From positions 78,316 to 142,315 of the forward strand of contig CAYGJY010000001.1 in the NCBI GenBank assembly GCA_964350645.1: a DNA stretch of 64,000 nt, in the 5' to 3' direction. Positions 10,601 through 18,661 of the stretch are shown here, piece by piece. Made by a program: the position numbers and the translations under genes. The notes below the pieces were generated by a model. The model made no database searches and had not been told where the DNA came from. It saw only the letters and a program-made list of their open reading frames with translations. The stretch comes from an uncultured Candidatus Saccharibacteria bacterium. GTDB lineage: Bacteria > Patescibacteriota > Minisyncoccia > Phycocordibacterales > UBA918. Every line of letters begins with the position of its first letter. Positions within the stretch are counted from its first letter, which is position 1.

Positions 10601-11142
10601 TTAACACCCCAACTGCCGTTAACAATGTGTTGCGTTTCCTCAATACGTTTGAAGGCGAGAACCTTCCACTTGATGGTAGCTACGACGTCACCGACAATGC
10701 AGCCGTGCAACGCTTCCAACTGAAGTACAAAAAAGAAATCCTCGACATCTGGAATCTGACCGAAGCCACCGGCTACGTTGGTATTACGACACGTCTTAAA
10801 ATGAACTTCCTCATCAAGGGAGCGACCGCCGAGTGTCCGGCTTTCGTGGAATACAACGGTGGACTCTCAGGCATCATGTTCTCACCTGAGATTGGCAAGA
10901 CGCAAACGATCCTCAAAGATCTGGGTATGTATCGTGGAGGAATCAATAACACTTGGGATGCTAGCACTAATCAAGCGCTGATTACCTTCCAAGAAACCTT
11001 CCGCGAAGTGATGCTCGACCCGTGGAATATCACAGAAGGTACCGGCTACAAGTACAAGACGACCAACTTATTCCTCAACTACTTTGCTGGGTGTGATACA
11101 GGAGCAGTGGAGTTAGAGGGCGTGGGGCGGTTTGAGATTTAA
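4696..11142 (+). CDS. Giant modular cell-surface protein (signal peptide, LamG-like, SGNH-like, SH3-like, right-handed beta-helix, PKD, LamG-like, choice-of-anchor-U-like, PG-binding-like repeats)
   Basis: 2148-aa ORF with an N-terminal signal (AQA). LamG-like 'WHHVVIT...IYVDG' and 'WQHIVFTY...LYVNG'; GQSS and DRGHP; Asn-ladder beta-helix repeats; PKD 'YRWDFGDG...HRYETHGTYNVTLRV'; C-terminus shared with the upstream gene. Confidence 0.85.
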   Translation: MSITRHIYKKTAITILVMSFVCSAFISQPAQATNLTDLRVALDQLEQTLLQLQQQLQLASVPRAGQVLGSRVSDTLLLDVAFSPSGITDRSSYGAPVNLNSGSALDVQEGLDGYVYNLTGVSDFQIPRTAEMQLYDHEEVSYVFTVKNDEPTKFRTGELFGILRSQQVFVKDEITYSHQSSDGSTYTIRSSGASIGDRAWHHVVITMNSLEERAAIYVDGEKVGEGIAKGKTKGMQSWGLHLGNPFGENFNGLIGEFQMHSIALSESEIQNRAAAFAAKVGNSPQPTPDPTPDPTPEPEPVADPVPTTPTPEPETTPVTTEAPAAPSAPATNGTLGIDPILRDKHIFDRGLARGQNSADIPLSGTAPAGSVVEVRTVEVSGSRATSPWRVIATADTSGRWQGAYTRGRSSEYLRAEARVRGTSGTVATVNTFGVGTTIALHGQSSDYHWIAFAGTPMENVIDDSAMQIVEINRASDPADSTTSVTAVTNAWKNAQRDFGNDVINRSGVVAFANMLMQGIPGEKFLVKFAAVSGTGIHSEFENSSDSRRRWPDEMRLHKAFDPYFVEGQKMSDTGLVAWVYSSSNNHIRFETSYGPMIFGKFPDGRPVVTGSSEYPYAHTWAEFYDWEQSRLGVGFNARAQGMNAARMTENPNYSRHLAPNVLGLNRFTQQAGELRRGVYIDRGHPGQEHPDGTVRAARMAAYGLLMHMKQVPAHDLRPFVGAAIEWAPTLNGVARPDAVLITNQNRDYTTLRRARGEARFTPDGTWRDGDVTHFMINGEMARNVRIVDDQGNLADKGNIIILKNDRSHWTTSDTLTFGLEVARYDWENPKDLADDVHKDLLAIPTDFPLMWVLPVTAHDPASSFFTNKIGQANSVTESEAAVVTPGVNTNISSPTVDAPAPATAIATAGDRVRVEQNVNVRDPFGLAGTLMGVQPIGAMGTVLNIAPQTADGYTWIPVNFDSGVDGWVADAFVEVTDDTPVASPAPAPAPTETNTPTDVQTSSTPVPSDAIVVTDSASLNAALRAAQGGEVIALQPNASGYTYRSPFRRDLQTYAAPVTVTSADKNNPARIKQFTLAQDGNIVLDGLHFEVAPGELGNRAVLLQLSSVKDIVVKNSTFDAGAPGFAETRAELDATAGGIQIRVGENVTIENNTVTRASFGISIFGSGDQPYNKNIIVKNNDINRFLGDGIRIVNFDGVLVEGNTIHTVFGTPQSVNHTDVIQVFSASLTKPSKNLTISNNFLNPGAGEGSQLIFMRNEAVDTGGGGEPMYYQNFRFEDNVIYGQHIHGITLGESNGVVIKNNTLLYNQAPGTFGAPRIFVSTKSKNVVVDKNIAHSVQAEWGGDNLTVQRGSLNQANYYGDLFVNALGGTELTLPDLRALPGSIIMERGYGAAETRKTGFDSLTALFKASPATNDRYAIQFDGGLSADASGALGTTATYRWDFGDGRTETGRTVTHRYETHGTYNVTLRVTKNGRTDSVTQNVKIVDPLLVKLDFSDELQDESSYDSSIIGDTGNLLSGLDDQVFRTKTGELLEISRGNGHIFNHQELSFEYWVKPEILSNWFMRLHTALTGSYGSNGSINMVLTDRAGANHSISSPAGVIEAGEWQHIVFTYSTITNTIRLYVNGTKVAERPAGGLTKGPQSWGLVLGSSFGSSQTADIGYFELRSDELSATDVARRYNAFATLTENDAVAVPVERPVDVTPEFTETPPVIINPTTPARPTPTVPTVPRNPTSPVSNDAAEDTEVVVSAPLTDRLKTVINAELRDKVRENRLEFARVQTKITKFLNRRESELKRDTRFSYPLGLYDFAAEVEPGSTETVTITLDALFETSDWTYRKYNPITDRYTDISDEVTYGTVTSNGETVTAITYEIEDNGPLDTDDRLGFIADPAGPALPNGEEVVIEETEEVDETEDTIVTSTNGGRSSSRDDEDKEDEQGAVATTESTPRTNPASTTILLVSANISFNQPSINTPTAVNNVLRFLNTFEGENLPLDGSYDVTDNAAVQRFQLKYKKEILDIWNLTEATGYVGITTRLKMNFLIKGATAECPAFVEYNGGLSGIMFSPEIGKTQTILKDLGMYRGGINNTWDASTNQALITFQETFREVMLDPWNITEGTGYKYKTTNLFLNYFAGCDTGAVELEGVGRFEI
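10563..11141 (+). repeat. 579-bp direct repeat, copy 2
   Basis: Identical to 4095-4673; only the last stop-codon base differs (TAG vs TAA). Confidence 0.95.
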
Positions 11143-11164
11143 CCAACTAACTGGGCAACGCCAC

Positions 11165-11195
11165 AATCAAAACCACCGCAAGGTGGTTTTTGATT
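11165..11195 (+). terminator. Intrinsic terminator
   Basis: aaaaccacc-gcaa-ggtggttttt hairpin plus T-tract after the giant gene. Confidence 0.75.
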
Positions 11196-11305
11196 TGTGT
11201 GTAATCCACAGAATTGATTTGATACTACGATTGGGCTACTAATATAAGCTATACTATATATAATAAAGCTAAAATATTAGCCAATTACCAATTTAGTGTA
11301 TTGTT

Positions 11306-12016
11306 ATGAGTTACGAACGACTAGCTAGAATCATCAGGGGCTCACTGTATGAGTCGTTGATTGTATTTGCACTCATAACAATCGGTTTTATGTTCCTCGA
11401 AGCAGGTATCAGTCGGGCCCAGTTGTTCGATGAATTTACCGTCACACAATCAATCACAGGTGAAGTTTCTTTCCAAACTAATGAAAATGACGTTGCTATG
11501 AGCACTGCAATTGCTGGTGTGACCGGTGGTCGGGCTACGGGAACAACAGTAGCAGTTGTCACGACCAACAGTGCCACTGGTTATACTATTGATATTGATT
11601 TTTCAGATACCCCAGCAATGAATCGAAATGGTAGTGGTGGAGCTGATTTTATTAGCAATTACACGCCGGCAGGAACGACCTCGCCGACAGTAAGCTTTGC
11701 TATTGGTGGTTCTGGTACAGCTGGTGAATTTGGCTATACCGTTGCAGCATCAACTAGTTATCATGTTGCACCTGAATTTAGAGGTAATGGTACAACTCTT
11801 TGTAACACTGGGGCAGGAGGAGTATTTACTGTAGATCAGTGTTGGCAAGCACCAAGTACTATTGCACGTGAAATTATTAACTCCACTTCCTCAACACCAG
11901 CGAACGGCGCCACAACGACGGTGAAGTTTGTCGTAGCAGTGCCAAGCTCTCCGAATCCGGCCTTACCAACTGGAGACTACGTAGCAACTGTCACGTTGAC
12001 TGCAGCTACCCAATAG
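11306..12016 (+). CDS. Secreted beta-rich WxL/fimbrial-subunit-like protein
   Basis: N-terminal hydrophobic segment, Thr/Ser-rich body with one Cys pair, C-terminal GDYVATVTLTA strand. Confidence 0.6.
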   Translation: MSYERLARIIRGSLYESLIVFALITIGFMFLEAGISRAQLFDEFTVTQSITGEVSFQTNENDVAMSTAIAGVTGGRATGTTVAVVTTNSATGYTIDIDFSDTPAMNRNGSGGADFISNYTPAGTTSPTVSFAIGGSGTAGEFGYTVAASTSYHVAPEFRGNGTTLCNTGAGGVFTVDQCWQAPSTIAREIINSTSSTPANGATTTVKFVVAVPSSPNPALPTGDYVATVTLTAATQ

Positions 12017-12024
12017 CTTAGACT

Positions 12025-13125
12025 TTGGTGGTAATGGCTTCTGTGCAATTTTATTTTATTAAGCAGTCACTTTGCATAAGTGGTGCACTGATTGGGTTAG
12101 TTGCCCTCGGGGCACCTTTTTTGTTTGCTGAGGCTCAGGTAAATGAGATTGCAGTCGAATCGGCTACAGCAACAGACATGTCTGCGAGTTCGCCAGCCAG
12201 AAGTTTTGATCCAGCTGACTTCGGTATTTCGGTCGAGACGCTACCAAACGCTAGTGATGTGATTGGAGATTTTGTAGTTGGACCAGGTAAGTTTGAGACG
12301 GCGTTGCAACCAGGTGAGTCAGTCACTACTGAGATATTAATTTCAAATCGCACAGGTATTGATCGCCGATTTAATATTGAGATTGAGGATGCCGCTGGTT
12401 CAGTTGATGGCTCTGATTCGATTGTGTTGCTTGGAGATGACCGGGGGCCATACTCTATAAAAGATTATATTGATGCACCAACGTTATCTTTTGATTTACG
12501 ACATGGAAAGCGTGCTCGTGTACCCGTTACTATCACAGTGCCGCCAGATGCTGAGCCAGGAGGTCTGTATGGTAGCGTCCTAATCAATACTGTTTCGGTT
12601 CCGATAGAGCAGGAAATTCAGGCTGGACAGGCTGCTGTTCGTTCACCAATTGTACAGCGAATCGGGGTACTGATGTTTGTCACAGTACCAGGTGATTCTA
12701 TCTATGAGGGGGGGCTTAAGGATTTCAGGATTATTCCTGAGAAAAAGTGGTTTAATGATGGGCCGTTCAATTTTTTAATTACATACGAAAATACTGGTTT
12801 GAGTCACTTGAACCCGTATGGTGAAATTCGGATTACTAATACACTTGGGGAAGAGGTTGGCTTCGTTGAATTACAGCCTTGGTTTGCCTTACCGCAGTCG
12901 GTCCGCATTAGGGAAGTAACCTGGAATCGTAGTATGCTGTATGGTAAGTATACGGCAACTATATCTCTTAACCGTGGTTACGAAGACATAGTCGACGAAT
13001 TGGCATACAGTTTTTGGGTTATTCCATGGAAGCCAGTAGCAGGAGGTTTTGCGCTGGTGTTTGTACTGTTATTTTTATTACGTAGTTTCTTTAAGAAATT
13101 TGAATTTAAACGTAAAGATTCATAA
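12025..13125 (+). CDS. DUF916-like (WxL-interacting-like) membrane-anchored protein
   Basis: 'VTITVPPDAEPGGLYGSVL', 'ENTGLSHLNPYGEIRITN', 'GKYTATI', C-terminal TM helix and basic tail. Start may be ATG 12034. Confidence 0.65.
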   Translation: MVVMASVQFYFIKQSLCISGALIGLVALGAPFLFAEAQVNEIAVESATATDMSASSPARSFDPADFGISVETLPNASDVIGDFVVGPGKFETALQPGESVTTEILISNRTGIDRRFNIEIEDAAGSVDGSDSIVLLGDDRGPYSIKDYIDAPTLSFDLRHGKRARVPVTITVPPDAEPGGLYGSVLINTVSVPIEQEIQAGQAAVRSPIVQRIGVLMFVTVPGDSIYEGGLKDFRIIPEKKWFNDGPFNFLITYENTGLSHLNPYGEIRITNTLGEEVGFVELQPWFALPQSVRIREVTWNRSMLYGKYTATISLNRGYEDIVDELAYSFWVIPWKPVAGGFALVFVLLFLLRSFFKKFEFKRKDS

Positions 13126-13135
13126 CCGCAGACCT

Positions 13136-13885
13136 ATGAAGCGGATGTTCATTAGTACAATTGTTTGTTTGACGATTATAACTGGCTTGCATGGTGCAGA
13201 GGCACAAGTTCGGAGCAGTTCAAATTATCAAATTCAAAGTGACAGCGTTAATTTTGCTGGTGGCCGTTCGACGTCAACTAATTATGTGCAAGAATCAACG
13301 GCTGGGGAGGTAGGTACTGGTGAATCAACCAGTTCCTCGTATGTGTTAAGAGCAGGATATCAGCAGATGCAGGAGGTATTTTTATCCTTAGCCGGTGGAG
13401 CTGATGTAACCATGAGTCCGAATATTCCAGGTATTACTGGGGGTGAATCAAATGGCTCGACAACGGTAACAGCCCTCACTGATAGCCCGTCAGGGTATCA
13501 GCTCACTATTGAAGCGTCAGCGAGCCCAGCGATGGTAAGTGGGGCAAATACAATAGCCGATTATGTTCCAGTGGGAGTTGTGCCAGATCTTCTCTTTACG
13601 ACAGCAGGAGCTGATGCTCATTTTGCGTTTTCTCCTTTTGGTAGTGACGTGGTGACTCGGTTCCAGACTGACGGATTAGATTGTGGAGTATCAGGTTCTG
13701 CATCGACGACTGCTTGTTGGGACGGGCTGTCTACGACAGCAGCCGTGATTGCTTCAAGTATTTCAGCCAATCAGCCAACCGGTTCCGACACTACGATATA
13801 CTATAGAGTAGGGGTTGGTGGTTCAGCGAATCAAGCTCCAGGTGACTATGTGGCCACCACCACCCTGACACTTTTGTCATTATGA
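13136..13885 (+). CDS. Secreted WxL/fimbrial-subunit-like protein, paralog of 11306-12016
   Basis: Signal peptide MKRMFIS...AEA; shares 'I.G.TGG...G.T.V', 'GY...I', the Cys pair and GDYVATTTLT with the first subunit. Confidence 0.65.
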   Translation: MKRMFISTIVCLTIITGLHGAEAQVRSSSNYQIQSDSVNFAGGRSTSTNYVQESTAGEVGTGESTSSSYVLRAGYQQMQEVFLSLAGGADVTMSPNIPGITGGESNGSTTVTALTDSPSGYQLTIEASASPAMVSGANTIADYVPVGVVPDLLFTTAGADAHFAFSPFGSDVVTRFQTDGLDCGVSGSASTTACWDGLSTTAAVIASSISANQPTGSDTTIYYRVGVGGSANQAPGDYVATTTLTLLSL

Positions 13886-15489
13886 TTAGAGCGTGCGTAG
13901 GCACAGTATGTAGTTTTATTTGTTTGGCTTTTGTATTGCCAGGGAGTCTTTTTGCGGCAACTGATGATTCGTTTACGGTAACACAAACTATCAATACCCT
14001 TGATCCAGTGCCGCCAACTACTCCTTTGAATTTCACTGTGGTGCCAGTAACGAGTAGTCAAATCAATTTAGATTGGGATCCGTCGTCAGATAATATTGGC
14101 GTTGATGGCTATCAGGTGTTTCGAGATAGTGTTCAGATTGCTACTACTAGTGCTACAGCCTATTTTGATACAGGCCTTACTCCCAGCACAACGTACGCAT
14201 ATAATGTAATTGCGTTTGACGTGGCGCGTAATTTTTCAACTTCAACCGCAGTGTTGTCGACAACGACACTGCCTTTTATAGCAACGACTACGTCACCGAC
14301 GGCTACCAGTACTGGAGGAGTGAGTGGCTATTATCTTCCTGATATTGAACTTATTGATATACGCAGTCAGTCGAGTGAGGATTCGATTGCTCTTGAATTT
14401 ACCACTAATAGATATGCTCGTTTCACTATCAGGTGGGGCCGGACGAATAGCTATGAACTCGGGTATACCGGTACAGATGTATTTCAAAAAGAACACCGGA
14501 CTTTTATTGATTCACTGACACCCGGTACCACGTATCAGATTGAGATCATTTTGCTAGATGAATTTGGTTTGTCACAGTTGCGGTATCAAACCGAAATTAT
14601 CACAAAACCAAGACCGGACGACCAGCCGCCAGCGAACGTAAGTGGGTTGACCGTCTTTGATTTGGATGAAGTGTTACAACTTACTTGGCAAAACCCGCCG
14701 TTAGATGATTTTGCTAAGGTGCGCGTTTTAAGTAATGATTATTTTTATCCGATTCACAGTGCGGATGGCTGGTTAGTATATGACGGTACAGGTGAGACAG
14801 TAATTGATCGACGATCATTAGCTTCAGGAGCCACTCGCTATTACACTGTTTTTGTATATGACACCGTAGGTAATATTTCTTCTGGTGCAATTGTGGCAGT
14901 TACGAGAGATGAAAATGGAGCAGTGACAATCTCTACTTCATTTCCAACTATCACCCTGACACCAATTGATGACATATCGCCAGCGGTGCAAGCTATTTTA
15001 GAGCAGCTACAGTTTGCTGATGTGATTTTCATGCAGGATGGGAGTGAGCAACTAGTAGATCATAATCGCATACAACTTTCAGGTTCGCGCGAGACGTTAG
15101 TCCGTCTGGCGTACGATAAAGTACCAGAACACTTAAAAACTATTATGGTGACGTTGCGTGATCCTGATGATGAGAATGCACTTTTCTCTTTCTTGTTGAG
15201 AATAAACCAAGACAAAAGTTATTATGAGGCTCGAGTAGGGGCTTTAGAAAAAGCTGGTGTGTATGATGTGACTGTGACTGTGATTGATTTTAAGACTAGT
15301 GCACTAGCGAATCTTGAAGGAGAGATTGAGGTAGTTATTTCTGAAGGGGGTATCAGTTCAGGTAGCGGTATTCGGCCGACAACGTGGTTGATGCAGCTGC
15401 TGCCACTGGTTGGATTAAGCTTACTATTATTGCTGATCACATTACTTATTATTAAGCGCCGGTATACTGCTGAGGATAAAGGTCTTTAG
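13882..15489 (+). CDS. Fibronectin type III domain membrane-anchored protein
   Basis: FN3 signature 'INLDWDPSSDNIGVDGYQVFRD...DTGLTPSTTYAYNVIAFD'; signal peptide and C-terminal TM helix. Confidence 0.8.
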   Translation: MIRACVGTVCSFICLAFVLPGSLFAATDDSFTVTQTINTLDPVPPTTPLNFTVVPVTSSQINLDWDPSSDNIGVDGYQVFRDSVQIATTSATAYFDTGLTPSTTYAYNVIAFDVARNFSTSTAVLSTTTLPFIATTTSPTATSTGGVSGYYLPDIELIDIRSQSSEDSIALEFTTNRYARFTIRWGRTNSYELGYTGTDVFQKEHRTFIDSLTPGTTYQIEIILLDEFGLSQLRYQTEIITKPRPDDQPPANVSGLTVFDLDEVLQLTWQNPPLDDFAKVRVLSNDYFYPIHSADGWLVYDGTGETVIDRRSLASGATRYYTVFVYDTVGNISSGAIVAVTRDENGAVTISTSFPTITLTPIDDISPAVQAILEQLQFADVIFMQDGSEQLVDHNRIQLSGSRETLVRLAYDKVPEHLKTIMVTLRDPDDENALFSFLLRINQDKSYYEARVGALEKAGVYDVTVTVIDFKTSALANLEGEIEVVISEGGISSGSGIRPTTWLMQLLPLVGLSLLLLLITLLIIKRRYTAEDKGL

Positions 15490-15543
15490 AAAACCCTGGG
15501 GGTGGCGTATAGTTGTACTATATTAATTTAGGCATATATCACA

Positions 15544-16578
15544 ATGACTCGAGTAGCAATTAATGGTTTTGGGAGAATTGGTCGTACGTTTTTCAAAATG
15601 GCCCACGGTAATCCAGATTTTGAAGTGGTGGCTATTAATGATTTGGGTGACATTGAAAACCTCGCCTACCTTTTAAGCTACGATACTGCCTATGGTCGGA
15701 GTGACATGGAGGTGGCGGTTGTCGAAAATGAATTGCTGGTTGACGGTAAAAAAATTGCCTTCGTACAAGAGCGTGACCCAAAGACACTACCTTGGGGAGC
15801 GATGGATATTGATGTTGTGGTTGAAGCCACTGGATTTTTTGCATCGTACGAAAAATCTAAAATGCATCTTGAAGCTGGTGCAAAGCGGGTGGTCATCTCG
15901 GCTCCAGTGAAAGACAGTGCAGCTGCGGCTGGAGTTACAGGAGAGACCATTCTCATGGGTGTTAATGATGACTCACTCGCTACGTGTACTATTAGTTCAA
16001 ATGCCTCGTGTACGACAAACGCTACGAGTCCACTCGTGGCTATCTTGAAGGAGAGTATTGGTATTGATAAAGCTATTTTAAATACTGTCCACGCCTACAC
16101 GGCATCTCAGGCAATTGTTGACGGACCGAGTCAAAAGAATTTCCGCCTCGGTCGGGCTGCAGCACAAAATATCATTCCAACATCAACTGGAGCAGCAGTT
16201 GCAACAACCCAGGCACATACTGAGCTTGAAGGGAAGTTTGATGGTATTGCCATGCGTGTCCCGGTGCCGGTTGGGTCAATTGTTGACATTACGTTTATTG
16301 CTAGTCGACCGACAACAGCTGAAGAAGTAAACGATGCTCTTAAGAAAGCCGCTGAATCAGACCACTGGAAACACTTGTTTGCTGTGACCGATGAGCCAAT
16401 TGTGTCGTCTGACATTATTGGTGCAGAATTTGCTTCAATTGCTGACTTGCAAATGACGCGCGTCGTAGATGGTAACTTGGTGAAAGTCCTCGCTTGGTAT
16501 GACAATGAAACGAGCTATACACACACACTTGTCGAGCACGTACGCTCAGTAGCCAAATTCTTTAACGCCAAAGGCTAA
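15544..16578 (+). CDS. gap: Glyceraldehyde-3-phosphate dehydrogenase (type I)
   Basis: INGFGRIGR, SNASCTTN, WYDNE. Confidence 0.98.
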   Translation: MTRVAINGFGRIGRTFFKMAHGNPDFEVVAINDLGDIENLAYLLSYDTAYGRSDMEVAVVENELLVDGKKIAFVQERDPKTLPWGAMDIDVVVEATGFFASYEKSKMHLEAGAKRVVISAPVKDSAAAAGVTGETILMGVNDDSLATCTISSNASCTTNATSPLVAILKESIGIDKAILNTVHAYTASQAIVDGPSQKNFRLGRAAAQNIIPTSTGAAVATTQAHTELEGKFDGIAMRVPVPVGSIVDITFIASRPTTAEEVNDALKKAAESDHWKHLFAVTDEPIVSSDIIGAEFASIADLQMTRVVDGNLVKVLAWYDNETSYTHTLVEHVRSVAKFFNAKG

Positions 16579-16583
16579 ATCAT

Positions 16584-17036
16584 ATGAAACCAAAAATTTA
16601 TTTTGCTGCAGACCACTGGGGGTTTGAGCTTATTCCGCAGCTCGTTGAGTTTGTAAATACTCTTGGTTATGAAACCGAACATTGCGGCCCATATGAGTAT
16701 GATGCGACTGACGATTACCCAGATTTTATTCAAAAAGCAGCAGGATTGGTAGCCGCAGACCCAGAGCACAGTCGGGCAATTATTTTTGGTAAGTCTGGTC
16801 AAGGCGAGGCGATGTGTGCCAACCGCTTTCTTGGTGTGCGTGCAGCCGTCTACTACGGTGGTCCAACGGAAATTATTACTCTTTCGCGAGAACATAATAA
16901 CGCTAATGTGCTCTCACTCGGGGCTGGGTTTATTGATAGTGAACGTGCACAAGCAGCAATTGCGCTTTGGCTCGAGACTGAATTTACAGAGGAAGAACGT
17001 CATGCTCGGCGTCTCGCTAAGTTGGACGTTATATAA
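16584..17036 (+). CDS. rpiB: Ribose-5-phosphate isomerase B
   Basis: ADHWG, DYPD, SGQGE...ANR, REHNNANVL, RHARRL. Confidence 0.93.
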   Translation: MKPKIYFAADHWGFELIPQLVEFVNTLGYETEHCGPYEYDATDDYPDFIQKAAGLVAADPEHSRAIIFGKSGQGEAMCANRFLGVRAAVYYGGPTEIITLSREHNNANVLSLGAGFIDSERAQAAIALWLETEFTEEERHARRLAKLDVI

Positions 17037-17038
17037 GT

Positions 17039-17707
17039 ATGAGCATCACCATTTTGCCATCCCTGCCAGCTCAGTCGTTTGCTGAGATTAACGCGCTCGC
17101 TGAGGTACTTCGTGGTGTCGTATCTGAGTTACAGGTCGATCTTGTTGATGGGCAGTTCGTCCCACTAGTCTCTTGGCCATTCACAGAGCCTGATCCAGTG
17201 CAGGCACTGCTTCAGTTGGGTGAGCTTACCAGTGAGTATGCTTTAGAGATTGATTGTATGGTCAGAGAACCCGAACAATACTTGGAAGCATTCGCAACAA
17301 TTGCACCAAAGCGAGTTATTATCCATCTTGGAAGTACTACTGCCCATGAAGAACTACATCGACATGCCCGTCAGCACAACTATAAACTCGGTTTGGCGTT
17401 TACCAATGATCAGTCACTAACTGAGGTTGAAGCTTTATTGCCGCTGTATGATTATGTGCAGGTAATGGGGATTGCAGCGGTGGGACAACAAGGACAAGCA
17501 TTTGATGAGCGAACGCTCGATACAATAGCCACTCTCAACGCCAAATATCCAGCACTTGAAGTAGCTGTCGATGGGGCAGTTAACGCAACAACGATTCCAT
17601 TGTTGAAAGCGGCCGGGGCAGATCGATTTGCTCCTGGATCAGCGATCGCCAAGCAAACAGACCCTCGATCGGCTTTTCTAGCCCTCAAAGCTATTGCCGA
17701 AGCGTAA
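17039..17707 (+). CDS. rpe: Ribulose-phosphate 3-epimerase
   Basis: DLVDGQFVP, QVMG...GQQGQ, VDGAVN; pentose-phosphate context. Confidence 0.88.
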   Translation: MSITILPSLPAQSFAEINALAEVLRGVVSELQVDLVDGQFVPLVSWPFTEPDPVQALLQLGELTSEYALEIDCMVREPEQYLEAFATIAPKRVIIHLGSTTAHEELHRHARQHNYKLGLAFTNDQSLTEVEALLPLYDYVQVMGIAAVGQQGQAFDERTLDTIATLNAKYPALEVAVDGAVNATTIPLLKAAGADRFAPGSAIAKQTDPRSAFLALKAIAEA

Positions 17708-17764
17708 TTTATAAACAAAATTGGTTTTTTATTACCAGCGAGTCATCGTATACTGTTGTTACGT

Positions 17765-18658
17765 ATGCACTACTTAAGCGCCAAAGACGTCAGTACTTTA
17801 GAGGTTAAAGCGAACGAAATCAGACAAAGCATCATTGAGATGCTGGTTGAAGCTGGTAGTGGGCACACGGCTGGTCCACTTGGTATGGCTGATGTGTTTG
17901 CGTTGCTGTATTTTGAAGTGTTAAAACACGATCCACAAAATCCAGACTGGGCAGAGCGCGATCGATTGGTTTTGTCGGCTGGGCATATCTGTCCAGTCTT
18001 ATATGCTGCGATGGCCCACTCAGGGTACTTCCCAGTTGAAGAATTACTAACACTTCGCAAATTGGGTTCACGCCTACAGGGACATCCACATCGTCAAGCA
18101 CTTCCGGGTATCGAAACTAGTTCTGGGCCACTTGGTAGTGGATTGTCCCAAGCAGTCGGTATGTCACTAGCAGAACGGATCGATAATCCATATTCCTCAA
18201 AATATATTTACTGTATTACTGGTGATGGTGAATGGAACGAAGGACAGATGTGGGAAGCTGCTATGTTGGCTGGTAAAGAAAGATTACATAATTTGATTGT
18301 CATTGTTGATCGTAACGGTATTCAGATCGATGGGTACACCAAAGACGTGATGCCGCTCGAGCCATTCCGGGAAAAACTAGAAGCCTTTAATTTTGATGTA
18401 CAAGAAGTTGATGGTCACAATATTAGAAGTATGAATGATGCAATCGGTAAAGCTCAGTCGGTGTACGGGCAGCCGTCGATTATTTTGGCACACACGATTC
18501 CGGCTAAAGGTGTGGATGTGTTTGAGCGAGATTTTCGCTGGCATGGTAACCCTCCGGGTAAAGGTCCAGAGGATCGAGTACCCAAGAGTGAACAAGCAAA
18601 AGTAGCTTTAGAAAAGTTGCGCAGTTTAAGTGGATCAATTGATCCTTCAGATTCATAG
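17765..18658 (+). CDS. tkt: Transketolase, N-terminal subunit
   Basis: SGHTAG, RDRLVLSAGH, LQGHP, GDGE...EG TPP-binding motif. Confidence 0.95.
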   Translation: MHYLSAKDVSTLEVKANEIRQSIIEMLVEAGSGHTAGPLGMADVFALLYFEVLKHDPQNPDWAERDRLVLSAGHICPVLYAAMAHSGYFPVEELLTLRKLGSRLQGHPHRQALPGIETSSGPLGSGLSQAVGMSLAERIDNPYSSKYIYCITGDGEWNEGQMWEAAMLAGKERLHNLIVIVDRNGIQIDGYTKDVMPLEPFREKLEAFNFDVQEVDGHNIRSMNDAIGKAQSVYGQPSIILAHTIPAKGVDVFERDFRWHGNPPGKGPEDRVPKSEQAKVALEKLRSLSGSIDPSDS

Positions 18659-18661
18659 ACT

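Noticed and set aside
3510-11141. Diversity-generating retroelement (TR/VR pair) in the repeated gene ends
   Set aside because: The terminal repeat has no mismatches, the other shared module differs mostly at synonymous sites without adenine bias, both copies are coding, and no reverse transcriptase is in the window.
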